This document shows positions 9,434 to 17,755 of a stretch of 64,000 nucleotides of DNA, piece after piece. The notes beneath the pieces are model-generated. The model did no database searches. It worked only from the letters and a program-made list of their open reading frames with translations, and was not told the DNA's origin. Source of the stretch: Pseudomonadota bacterium (lineage in GTDB: Bacteria; Bdellovibrionota; Bdellovibrionia; Bdellovibrionales; Bdellovibrionaceae); assembly GCA_041178425.1 (NCBI GenBank), contig JBEGVH010000009.1, positions 64,001 to 128,000 on the forward strand, read 5' to 3'. The position numbers and the translations under genes are program-made. Every line of letters starts with the position of its first letter. Position 1 is the stretch's first letter.

Positions 9434-10393
9434 ATGAAACAACTTAGAGCAAACATCAGGCATTTAGTCGCAATTTCATTATTTACCCTCAGCGCCGTAA
9501 CCACCCAGGCCGCCGACGAGTTCTTCATAACCGCTGAGGAGGCACAAAAATTACCCGCCGAATCAGTTCGTTTTGTTTATGCTGACTCTGAGAAAGACTT
9601 CGAAAAAGGCCATATTCCTAATTCAGTCGTCGCTTATGCCCACGATCTGAATTATCTCGATGACGTAAACAAGTGTAAAGGGCTTCCAATGTGCGAACCC
9701 ACAGCCGCGGCCTTCATTGGAAAGACTCTTGGCATTGATAACAAAACAAAGGTTGTTGTGTATGATTCTGGCGCTGGGGTAAATGCCTCTGGAGCTTGGT
9801 TCTTCATTACCCTTTACGGCCATCCCGATGTAAAAATTCTTGATGGAGGCCTTGCCAACTGGAAAGACAAAAAGTTCGCCGTAGAAACGGGTCATGGCAG
9901 CAAAGTAGCTGAAAAAACTTTTACCCCATCGATTAAAGCCGACATGTATGCCACTCGCGATGAAGTAGAAAAAGCGACTAAGGACTCTGCGCACTATTTA
10001 ATTCTCGACTCTCGACACAATCTAGACGAATACACAGGAAAACAATTATTAAGCGGCCTGACAGCTCCGGGAAAAGAGTCTACAGTTTCTCGCGGGGGCT
10101 TTATTCCAACAGCGGTTTTTTCTCCTTGGAAAAAGTATGCTGGCAATCCCAATGGCGACGCAGGCAAACCTACACTCAAAGGCAGCGACGATATCAACAA
10201 GCAATTAGAAAAACTTAAGAAGAACGGCTACGATCAAAATAAGACGGTCATCACTTACTGCCACGTTGGGCTTGGTCGCGGTTCATTCCAATATTTAGCG
10301 CTTTTACGAGCCGGCCATAAAAATGCAAAATTATATACGGGGTCTTGGCAAGACTGGGGCAACTCAAGCCTCCCGCTAGGAAAACAAGAGTAA
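9434..10393 (+). CDS. Periplasmic tandem-domain rhodanese / sulfurtransferase
   Basis: Sec signal (…TTQA), GHIP, LDGGL..W, C-terminal active loop YCHVGLGR, LYTGSWQDW; AAGGAG RBS. Confidence 0.9.
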   Translation: MKQLRANIRHLVAISLFTLSAVTTQAADEFFITAEEAQKLPAESVRFVYADSEKDFEKGHIPNSVVAYAHDLNYLDDVNKCKGLPMCEPTAAAFIGKTLGIDNKTKVVVYDSGAGVNASGAWFFITLYGHPDVKILDGGLANWKDKKFAVETGHGSKVAEKTFTPSIKADMYATRDEVEKATKDSAHYLILDSRHNLDEYTGKQLLSGLTAPGKESTVSRGGFIPTAVFSPWKKYAGNPNGDAGKPTLKGSDDINKQLEKLKKNGYDQNKTVITYCHVGLGRGSFQYLALLRAGHKNAKLYTGSWQDWGNSSLPLGKQE

Positions 10394-10429
10394 AAATTAA
10401 TTATTTTTTTCAACGACCAAGGAGGGAAC

Positions 10430-11557
10430 ATGTGGTTAGCGGCATTTAAAGGAGCATTAACGGGCCTTCTTTTTGGAATGGTTCTTTATAAAGTTGGTGC
10501 TTCTCGCTACTCGAGAGTCATGGGAATGTTGACAGTGAGAGACACTAAAGTAATGAAGTTTACCTTCGTGACGATTGCCACAGCTTCTTTTATCTACGGA
10601 CTAGCAGACATTTTTGGGTTTGCAGAATCTTGGCATCTCGTACCTCGAATCATGCCCTACATGGGAGCTTCGCACATCATCGGCGGCGTTCTCTTTGGCG
10701 CAACCCTCGGATGGGTTGGTTTTTGCCCGGGCACATGTTGGGCTAAGGCAGGAGGAATGGGAGGAGATAAAAAATTTACGGCCCTCTCTTCGATCCTTGG
10801 TCTTTTGGCAGGGATTCTCATTTACAACTTCTTCAAAGAATCCATGATGAGCAATGGAATTATCGCTACCGAGCAAAAACCCCTTACACTCCATGGTGTC
10901 CTAGGCCTTTCTTATGGGGCCGCAGCAATCACTTTTGGAGCGATTTTTCTTTTGATTGCAGTGCTTATTGACCGCGGTACCACCGAAAAGTTTTTTACCC
11001 CATCCATTCAACCAAAAGCTATTATTGATTGGATCAGAGGTGAGTGGAGCTGGATGGCTTCGGGAGTTCTTGCTGGAATTCTTATTACTGCCGCAACGAT
11101 GCAAGATGGGTATTTGGGATTTTCTGGAGCACTCCTTGCTCTTGTTGGCTGGTTTTCCCATCTAGTTGGTTTTCCTATTGCTTCAGTTCCTGTGATAAAT
11201 CAGGACATTCTTTGGCGTGCTTTTTTGATTATTGGCGTTTTTCCAGGAGGACTATTAGCCAGGGCCATCTCTACTAAGTCCTTTGCCGAGGTCAATTTTA
11301 AAGGCCACAAAGTTTTCTCTCTCCCTGCGATTATAAAATCTTTCGTTGGCGGAATTGGACTCTCGCTCGGCGCCATGATCGGAGGCGGATGCACAACGGG
11401 CGCTTACCTAGCCGCATGGCCCACCCTTTCGGTGGGTAGCCTTTTAATGGGAGCCACTTTTTTTGCTTCATCCATGATCGTTGCAAATTCCCTTCTCTGG
11501 TTAAGAAAAATCAATATTGGTGACATTCAGAACCTAGGCGACAAGGTTTGCGACTAA
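10430..11557 (+). CDS. YeeE/YedE (TsuA-like) sulfur-compound transporter, two-domain
   Basis: Polytopic membrane protein with conserved Cys motifs GFCPGT and GGGCTTG; GGAGGG RBS. Confidence 0.85.
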   Translation: MWLAAFKGALTGLLFGMVLYKVGASRYSRVMGMLTVRDTKVMKFTFVTIATASFIYGLADIFGFAESWHLVPRIMPYMGASHIIGGVLFGATLGWVGFCPGTCWAKAGGMGGDKKFTALSSILGLLAGILIYNFFKESMMSNGIIATEQKPLTLHGVLGLSYGAAAITFGAIFLLIAVLIDRGTTEKFFTPSIQPKAIIDWIRGEWSWMASGVLAGILITAATMQDGYLGFSGALLALVGWFSHLVGFPIASVPVINQDILWRAFLIIGVFPGGLLARAISTKSFAEVNFKGHKVFSLPAIIKSFVGGIGLSLGAMIGGGCTTGAYLAAWPTLSVGSLLMGATFFASSMIVANSLLWLRKINIGDIQNLGDKVCD

Positions 11558-11572
11558 TTAAAGGAAACAGAC

Positions 11573-11701
11573 ATGACAAAAACAACACGACTCGTTTTTA
11601 TTATAGCCATACTTTTAATGCTCGGAAGCTTTATTCATCTTAAAAAAAGCAACAGCGAGCTGGCTCAAACTATTTCTCAACAAAGTCAGGTGGGCCAATG
11701 A
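11573..11701 (+). CDS. Small 42-aa single-TM or signal-bearing protein (not in ORF track)
   Basis: Read by hand: MTKTTRLVFIIAILLMLGSFIHLKKSNSELAQTISQQSQVGQ*. AAGGA RBS; the stop overlaps the next start (ATGA); it fills the operon gap. Confidence 0.7.
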   Translation: MTKTTRLVFIIAILLMLGSFIHLKKSNSELAQTISQQSQVGQ

Positions 11702-12162
11702 ATTCTAAAATCGAACTGGGTGCTTATTTTACCACTATCCTAGTGCTGGCGGGCCTTCTCTTTCAAGAAGGACAAAAACGAGTCGATTTACAATCTCAAA
11801 TTTCAATCCCTCCCCAAGAGCTCTATAAAAAGTTAAGCAACTCACAAACAAAACTGCAGATCATCGACATTCGTTCTGATCAATCTTCCTATGAAGATGC
11901 ACATGTTCCCGGCGCTATCCCCCTCTATAATTGTGATTTCTTAAAAGGCAACGAGTCGACGACCAAAAATATTTTCACCTTCGCACCAACAATTATTGTT
12001 TCTGAAAATGGCGATGAAAATGTTTTCAGAGACTGCGCCAAAAACTTTACCCAAGCCAGAAACCTCGCAGGTGGTATGGCTGCATGGAGTGAAGAGGGAC
12101 TACCTGAGGATTCAAGCGAATACTCCCCACCAAAACTTTCAGGTGGCGGTGGTTGCCTCTAA
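11698..12162 (+). CDS. Membrane-anchored single-domain rhodanese-like protein with C-terminal GGGGCL tail
   Basis: N-terminal hydrophobic anchor, IIDIR..Y...HVPGAI, NLAGGMAAW. The active-loop position reads IIVSENG (no Cys). Confidence 0.8.
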   Translation: MNSKIELGAYFTTILVLAGLLFQEGQKRVDLQSQISIPPQELYKKLSNSQTKLQIIDIRSDQSSYEDAHVPGAIPLYNCDFLKGNESTTKNIFTFAPTIIVSENGDENVFRDCAKNFTQARNLAGGMAAWSEEGLPEDSSEYSPPKLSGGGGCL

Positions 12163-12230
12163 AGAATGATTTACATTTAAAATAAATCCGGTTTACCCTA
12201 AGAGGGACTCATAAGCGAAACGGAGTTCCT

Positions 12231-15146
12231 ATGACGGTATCCAGAAGAGATCTATTAAAAGCTGCAGCTCTGGGAAGTGTTGCGATCGGTAGTAACACTT
12301 TAGCCAAAAATGCCTTTACTGAGCCAATTCCTCAAAAAGAAGCAAAAGATATTCCGGTTATCGTTGAAGATCCAAGAGCCTCCTACCTGAACACAAAATC
12401 GATTGAAGATATGTACCGTCGAGAGTTTGCAGAAACCTTTGGCGAAAAAAAAGACCATGGCTATGCCTATCACTGTGTGAATTGCCAAGGGAACTGTGCT
12501 TGGCAAGTATGGACTAAAGACGGAAAGGTAACCCGCGAAAACCAATCCGCCAGCTACCCACAAATTGCACCCAATATTCCCGATTATAATCCACGAGGGT
12601 GCAACAAAGGCGTTCAGCATTCCCAAATTATGTATGAACAAGACCGCTTGCTTTACCCCATGAAAAGAGTTGGGCCACGAGGTGAAGGGAAATGGAAAAG
12701 AATTTCTTGGGATGAAGCTATTACTGAGGTCAGTGAAAACCTCTACAATACCATGCAAGAAAAAGGGCCTGCTGGAAACTATATACATATCGGAGCAGGT
12801 GTTCTTACGGAAGGGCGCGCCGCCTCCGTAAAACGCCTTGGAACTCTTCTGGGCGCGGTGAGACCCTACATCGCTTCCTACGTTGGAGATATGTTTCCTG
12901 GAGTTTCAACTGTTTATGGAGAAGGCAATATAGGCTGCACCTATGATTTTATCTTCAAAACCAATGTGGCTATTTTTTGGGGATGCAACCCCAATACCTC
13001 TCGCATTCCCGATGCCCATTTTCTTTGGGAAGGAAAATACAACGGCTCCAAAATTGTGGTTATTTCACCCGAATACAACTCTACAGCGATTCATGCCGAC
13101 TTGTGGGTTCCAATTAAGCCAGGCTACGATGGCCATCTTGCAATGGCAGTTCTAAACGAAATCGTTTTCAAAAAAATGTACAACGAATCGTTTGTCAAAG
13201 AATTCACCGACCTTCCTCTCCTCGTTCGCAAGGATAACAAAGAGCTTGTTCGTTTTGCAGAAATCGATACCAAAGATTCGAATTTCGATAGCAAATCTTC
13301 AGAAAAACTTCTCAAAAAAATTCTTAAGCGGGAATTAAAAGAACACGAAGTTTTCTTAGCTTGGAATCAAAAAACCAATAAAATGACGGTGCTTCCGGGC
13401 TCTGAAGGAAGTCCAGTTGAAACACTCCGCCTCAAAGACCGAGGATGGAACATCAACCCTGCCCTTTCTGGAACCTGGAAGATCAAACTAAAAGACGGCC
13501 ACACCGTCGAAGTGACTACGGTGTTTGATCTTTTCAAACAAGAACTCAAAAAATTTGATCCACTCCGCATGCACGCAGTCACAGGCGTTCATCCAACGAT
13601 CGTTAGCGAACTGGCCCGCGACATGATTGTTCCTAAAAACACCTTAGTGACAATGGGGTTTTCACTCGGAAAGTATTTTAATGGCATGCTCATCCAAAGA
13701 GCTATCTCCGCCCTAACGGCGATTAGCGGTCGACTTGGCGAATCTGGCGGCCTAAACACCGAAAATGAATGGAACATCACTGGGCTTTCTGGCCTCTCTG
13801 GATTTGAAGGCAAATACCAGCATCGGTTTGCTTCTGGATTTGTGAGCGAGTACATGCTCGGTGACAATTTAAATGACTACGATCATCTCTACGCAGAAGC
13901 TGAAATTAAAGAGAGCACTGGACTCGGTAAAAAACAGTATCGAGAGAAAATTGAGAAAATAGTCAAAGACGGCGCCAACGATGAGGGATTTAAAAACGGC
14001 AAGCCTTATTGGACGACCATGGAAACCTTTTTGTTGTTCGCCGATGCGCGCTTTCGACGAAACAAAGGAAGCTACAAAGAAGCGTTCCTTAAAAAAGCTA
14101 AGTTTATTGCCTATGGCGATTACAGAATGTCTGATTTTTGTAACTACGCCGACATTTTACTCCCCTGCAAATCCCACTATGAGGTATGGGACATTAGAAC
14201 AAATCCGGGCTATCACCGTTTTGCTAATATTGCCTACCCTCCTGCAAACTTGAAAAATGTGGGAGAAGCTAAGTCCGAATGGGAGATCTCGACTCTTATC
14301 GCAGAAAAAATTCAAGACATCGCCCTGAAAAAATACAAATCTTCAGGTGATAAAAAAGCGATTCACGTGCCCGACACAACACACACTCAAACTGGGTTTC
14401 GTGCCCTCGACGAGGTCGTCAATGAGTTTACCATCGGAGGCAAAGTCCGATCAGACAAAGATGCTGTGGAGTACATGCTCGAGCACGTGGATCAGTTCAA
14501 GCCTAATTCGACAAAAACCATGTATGAGCGTGGAGGCTTTTTGGTTCTCAATGATAAAGCCGGAAAAAGCTCGCCACTCTACTCAAATAAGCCCTACAAT
14601 ACGTTTGAAAGTAACAAGCTCTTGTACCAACCTTTTGAAACGCTCACCGGACGACTCACCTTCTACGTTGATCATCACTTGTGGATTGAAACAGGGGCTC
14701 ACATACCGACAGCACGCAATCCGATCCGGCCCAAAAAGTTTCCGTTTGTACTGATGACACCACACGCACGATGGTCAATTCACTCAACCTATAAAACTTC
14801 TAAGATCCTCCAGCGACTGCAACGAGGTAAACCTTATATCATGATCAATCCTAAGGTTGCGGAGGCAAAAGGAATCAAGGACGGCGATGAGGTTAAAATG
14901 TTTAATGACCTTGGCGAAACGTTCCTCATGGCAAAAATAACTCCTTCGGCTCCTGAGCATTCTCTCGTGATGGAACACGGATGGGAACCCTTCATGTACA
15001 AGAATAAGGTTGGGCATAACGCGCTTGTGGGCGATATGATAAATTTGCTCGAACTCAGTGATGGATGGGGTCACCTTAAATTTGGAACGAACTGGGATGG
15101 AAACCAACACGCTTATGAAACCACAGTAGATATTGTGAAAGCTTAG
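12231..15146 (+). CDS. Tat-exported DMSO-reductase-family type II molybdoenzyme, catalytic alpha subunit (Nar/Ser/Clr/Pcr/Ebd/Ddh-like clade); substrate unknown
   Basis: SRRDLLK twin-arginine signal; FS0 motif HCVNCQGNC...RGCNKG; candidate Asp Mo-ligand in YVGDMFPG; TPHARWSIHS molydopterin-dinucleotide-binding domain. Confidence 0.92.
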   Translation: MTVSRRDLLKAAALGSVAIGSNTLAKNAFTEPIPQKEAKDIPVIVEDPRASYLNTKSIEDMYRREFAETFGEKKDHGYAYHCVNCQGNCAWQVWTKDGKVTRENQSASYPQIAPNIPDYNPRGCNKGVQHSQIMYEQDRLLYPMKRVGPRGEGKWKRISWDEAITEVSENLYNTMQEKGPAGNYIHIGAGVLTEGRAASVKRLGTLLGAVRPYIASYVGDMFPGVSTVYGEGNIGCTYDFIFKTNVAIFWGCNPNTSRIPDAHFLWEGKYNGSKIVVISPEYNSTAIHADLWVPIKPGYDGHLAMAVLNEIVFKKMYNESFVKEFTDLPLLVRKDNKELVRFAEIDTKDSNFDSKSSEKLLKKILKRELKEHEVFLAWNQKTNKMTVLPGSEGSPVETLRLKDRGWNINPALSGTWKIKLKDGHTVEVTTVFDLFKQELKKFDPLRMHAVTGVHPTIVSELARDMIVPKNTLVTMGFSLGKYFNGMLIQRAISALTAISGRLGESGGLNTENEWNITGLSGLSGFEGKYQHRFASGFVSEYMLGDNLNDYDHLYAEAEIKESTGLGKKQYREKIEKIVKDGANDEGFKNGKPYWTTMETFLLFADARFRRNKGSYKEAFLKKAKFIAYGDYRMSDFCNYADILLPCKSHYEVWDIRTNPGYHRFANIAYPPANLKNVGEAKSEWEISTLIAEKIQDIALKKYKSSGDKKAIHVPDTTHTQTGFRALDEVVNEFTIGGKVRSDKDAVEYMLEHVDQFKPNSTKTMYERGGFLVLNDKAGKSSPLYSNKPYNTFESNKLLYQPFETLTGRLTFYVDHHLWIETGAHIPTARNPIRPKKFPFVLMTPHARWSIHSTYKTSKILQRLQRGKPYIMINPKVAEAKGIKDGDEVKMFNDLGETFLMAKITPSAPEHSLVMEHGWEPFMYKNKVGHNALVGDMINLLELSDGWGHLKFGTNWDGNQHAYETTVDIVKA

Positions 15147-15169
15147 ATTTTTAAGGATAGGAAATCGAT

Positions 15170-16165
15170 ATGTCAAAACGTCAACTCGCAATGGTTATGG
15201 ATTTAAATAAATGTATCGGCTGCCAGACCTGCACGGTCGCTTGCAAAACCCAGTGGACCAATCGCAATGGTCGCGAATACATGTATTGGAACAATGTCGA
15301 AACAAAACCTGGACCAGGTTATCCGAAAAAGTGGGAAGACATGGGCGGTGGTTTTGATTCCTCAGGTAATCTTTTAGAAGGCGAAGTTCCTGGGCTCACA
15401 AAAGACTATGGAGTGCCCTGGGATTTTAACTATGATGAAATTGCAAGTGGTGTTCCTTTAGTTTCGACCTCCGAACCAAAAGTTGGGCCTAACTGGGATG
15501 AAGACGCCGGTTTAGGAGATTTTCCAAATTCATATTATTTTTATTTACCTAGAATCTGCAACCACTGCTCGAATCCAGGATGTCTTTCAGCCTGTCCCCG
15601 TGGAGCTATTTTTAAAAGAGATCAAGATGGCATTGTTCTCGTTGATCATGATCGATGTGAAGGACTTAAATATTGCATCGCTGGCTGCCCTTACAAGAAA
15701 ATTTATTTTAACCCGAAGCTCTTTAAATCAGAGAAATGTATTATGTGCTTTCCAAGAATCGAGAAGGGTCTCCCTCCTGCGTGCGCTCAACAGTGTGTCG
15801 GTCGTATTCGATTTGTTGGCTACCTAGATGACCTTGAGGGCCAAGTTTATAAATTGGTTCACCAATACAAAGTCGCCCTCCCTCTTCATTCGGAATATGG
15901 AACTCAACCTAATGTGTTTTATGTGCCACCATTGAGCGGGCCAAAAAAGTTCGACAAAACCGGAAAACAAATCGAAGGTAGCGACAGAATTCCTCTGGAA
16001 TACCTCGAAAGCCTTTTTGGCAAAGAGGTATCGAGCGCTTTAAAGACACTAGAAATCGAGCGCCAAAAAAAGAAAGAGGGCAAACCCTCCGAGCTTATGG
16101 ATCTTCTGATTGCCTATAAACATTCAGAAATGTTTCGCATCAAGCCGGAGGCAAAAAATGCATAA
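15170..16165 (+). CDS. Fe-S beta subunit (NarH/EbdB/SerB-like; three 4Fe-4S and one 3Fe-4S)
   Basis: DLNKCIGCQTCTVACK, CNHCSNPGCLSACP, CEGLKYCIAGCPY, CIMC...CAQQCVGRIR. Confidence 0.93.
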   Translation: MSKRQLAMVMDLNKCIGCQTCTVACKTQWTNRNGREYMYWNNVETKPGPGYPKKWEDMGGGFDSSGNLLEGEVPGLTKDYGVPWDFNYDEIASGVPLVSTSEPKVGPNWDEDAGLGDFPNSYYFYLPRICNHCSNPGCLSACPRGAIFKRDQDGIVLVDHDRCEGLKYCIAGCPYKKIYFNPKLFKSEKCIMCFPRIEKGLPPACAQQCVGRIRFVGYLDDLEGQVYKLVHQYKVALPLHSEYGTQPNVFYVPPLSGPKKFDKTGKQIEGSDRIPLEYLESLFGKEVSSALKTLEIERQKKKEGKPSELMDLLIAYKHSEMFRIKPEAKNA

Positions 16166-17324
16166 ACCCTCAACTCCTCTTTTATCGATCCTAAGTACAA
16201 CGATCGTTTTGTTATCTATTCCGACAATGGCTAATGAAACTTTTGATGACTTAGTGATACCTAGCAAATCTAGTTTTTGGAGCATCCCCCTCGACGCCCA
16301 AAGTACAAAATGGGCTGATATAAAGGGTAAAAACATTTCATTAGCTCCTCAAATGACGGTTCTTTTAAATGATAAGGAAGCTAATAAGGCCATTAAGTCC
16401 AATCATAAAAAAGAATTGGTCGTTAAAGCGATGACCAACAGCAAAGATATTGGTCTTTACCTCGAATGGAGTGATGAGAGCCTCAACCAAGCGACTACAA
16501 AAGAAACAAAAAGCTTTGGAGATTCTGTTGCTATTGAGATCCCACTTAAGTTTGGAAAAGGCGAAAGGCTCCCGTACATCGGCATGGGCGACGAAAAAGC
16601 CTATGTGGAAGTCGACATGGCCAGATCGGCAGAAGGAAAAGTAATTAAAAGCCATTTTGTCGGCGCTGGCTTCGGCTCTCTAACTCGTCGTCAAGCCACA
16701 AACCATGATATGAGTCTCACCTATGATTCAAACAAAAAATTATGGCGAGCGGTTATTATTCGCCCAATTATGAACGAGAAGAATAGAGAGATTGAAGGAT
16801 TGTTGCCGATTGCCTTTGCTCTTTGGAATGGCGCCAACAATGAGCGCGGCGGTAACAAATACCTATCAGGCTGGCACTTTATCAAACTTGAAAAATACAA
16901 GGTCTCTGAACAGTATCAAAATGAGATGAGCTTTGGCTATGGAGCTAAGACCATAGGAGATATAGAGCTTGGCAAACAAATATTCAACTCAACTTGCATT
17001 GGCTGCCACCGTAGCAATGATATGAAGATTGCCCCTGAAGGTCTAGCTCCGAACCTGATGGGAATAGGCAGTATTGCCTCATTTTCTTACCTTCGTGACT
17101 CAATTGTAGATCCTAATCAGGTTGTCATTCGCCAACTCAATATAAACAGACACTATAACAAATCAGAAAAGCCTGACCAATTTAAAGCCTACCCCAACAA
17201 TGACGCATTTATGTGGTATACTAAAGACGAGAAAGGAAACAAAGTTTCAAAAATGCCCAGCTTTCAGGGGTTGCCCCCTGAATCGATCAACAACCTCGTG
17301 GCATATTTGAAAAGTCTAAAGTAG
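16158..17324 (+). CDS. Gamma subunit: EbdC-type heme-b (DOMON-like) domain fused to C-terminal cytochrome c
   Basis: GGAGG RBS and ATG at 16158, signal peptide. LEWSD, YIGMG (Met ligand), GAGFGSLT, FALWNG..NERGGNK (Lys ligand), then CIGCH and distal SKMP. Confidence 0.85.
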   Translation: MHKPSTPLLSILSTTIVLLSIPTMANETFDDLVIPSKSSFWSIPLDAQSTKWADIKGKNISLAPQMTVLLNDKEANKAIKSNHKKELVVKAMTNSKDIGLYLEWSDESLNQATTKETKSFGDSVAIEIPLKFGKGERLPYIGMGDEKAYVEVDMARSAEGKVIKSHFVGAGFGSLTRRQATNHDMSLTYDSNKKLWRAVIIRPIMNEKNREIEGLLPIAFALWNGANNERGGNKYLSGWHFIKLEKYKVSEQYQNEMSFGYGAKTIGDIELGKQIFNSTCIGCHRSNDMKIAPEGLAPNLMGIGSIASFSYLRDSIVDPNQVVIRQLNINRHYNKSEKPDQFKAYPNNDAFMWYTKDEKGNKVSKMPSFQGLPPESINNLVAYLKSLK

Positions 17325-17332
17325 GAGTGCTT

Positions 17333-17755
17333 ATGAAATTTTTTAAGATCTATGCCCTTTCTGCCCTTTTCCTCTTCGGTAACCAATCCGCCATGGCGGC
17401 CAAAATCGGAGAAGAAGTAGAACTCACCAGTGGCGCCGTTACAGCCTTAAGCTGCGCAAAACGCGCGCTTGCTGAGAACAACCTAGATCTCCTCTCTAGC
17501 TGCCCTCTCTCCGAAGTATCCTCGGGCTATGTTGTTTTCGATGTTGCCGAAAAGGCCATTTATCAAATATCAGAAAAAAATGTTTTTCTTTTTGAACTCG
17601 AAAGAGCCTTCGGCGGTGGAAGCATTGATTTCACCGGCAAGGTAGCCAAAGTGATTAAATCGAAAAAAGACCAGCTCGAAATCAACGTCGTCGATGTGAG
17701 TGAATACTCTATTACTCAAAAAGCGAAGCCAGGCTCTTTTAAAGGCTGTCTGTAA
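17333..17755 (+). CDS. Small secreted hypothetical protein, last gene of the molybdoenzyme operon, ends ...GSFKGCL
   Basis: AGGAG RBS, Sec signal ending AMA, three Cys including a penultimate Cys; overlaps the convergent mrp gene by 17 bp. Confidence 0.75.
   Translation: MKFFKIYALSALFLFGNQSAMAAKIGEEVELTSGAVTALSCAKRALAENNLDLLSSCPLSEVSSGYVVFDVAEKAIYQISEKNVFLFELERAFGGGSIDFTGKVAKVIKSKKDQLEINVVDVSEYSITQKAKPGSFKGCL

Noticed and set aside
12231..17324. Calling the enzyme narGHI, pcrAB, clrABC, serABC, ebdABC or nxrAB
   Set aside because: Motifs define only the type II clade. There is no NarI/NarJ/NarK, chlorite dismutase or aromatic-degradation context, so no gene symbol is justified without a phylogeny.
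9434..17755. Selenocysteine recoding in the sulfur-carrier genes
   Set aside because: The Cys-tail genes end in TGC/TGT codons followed by TAA. The only TGA stop (11699-11701) is an ordinary ATGA overlap.
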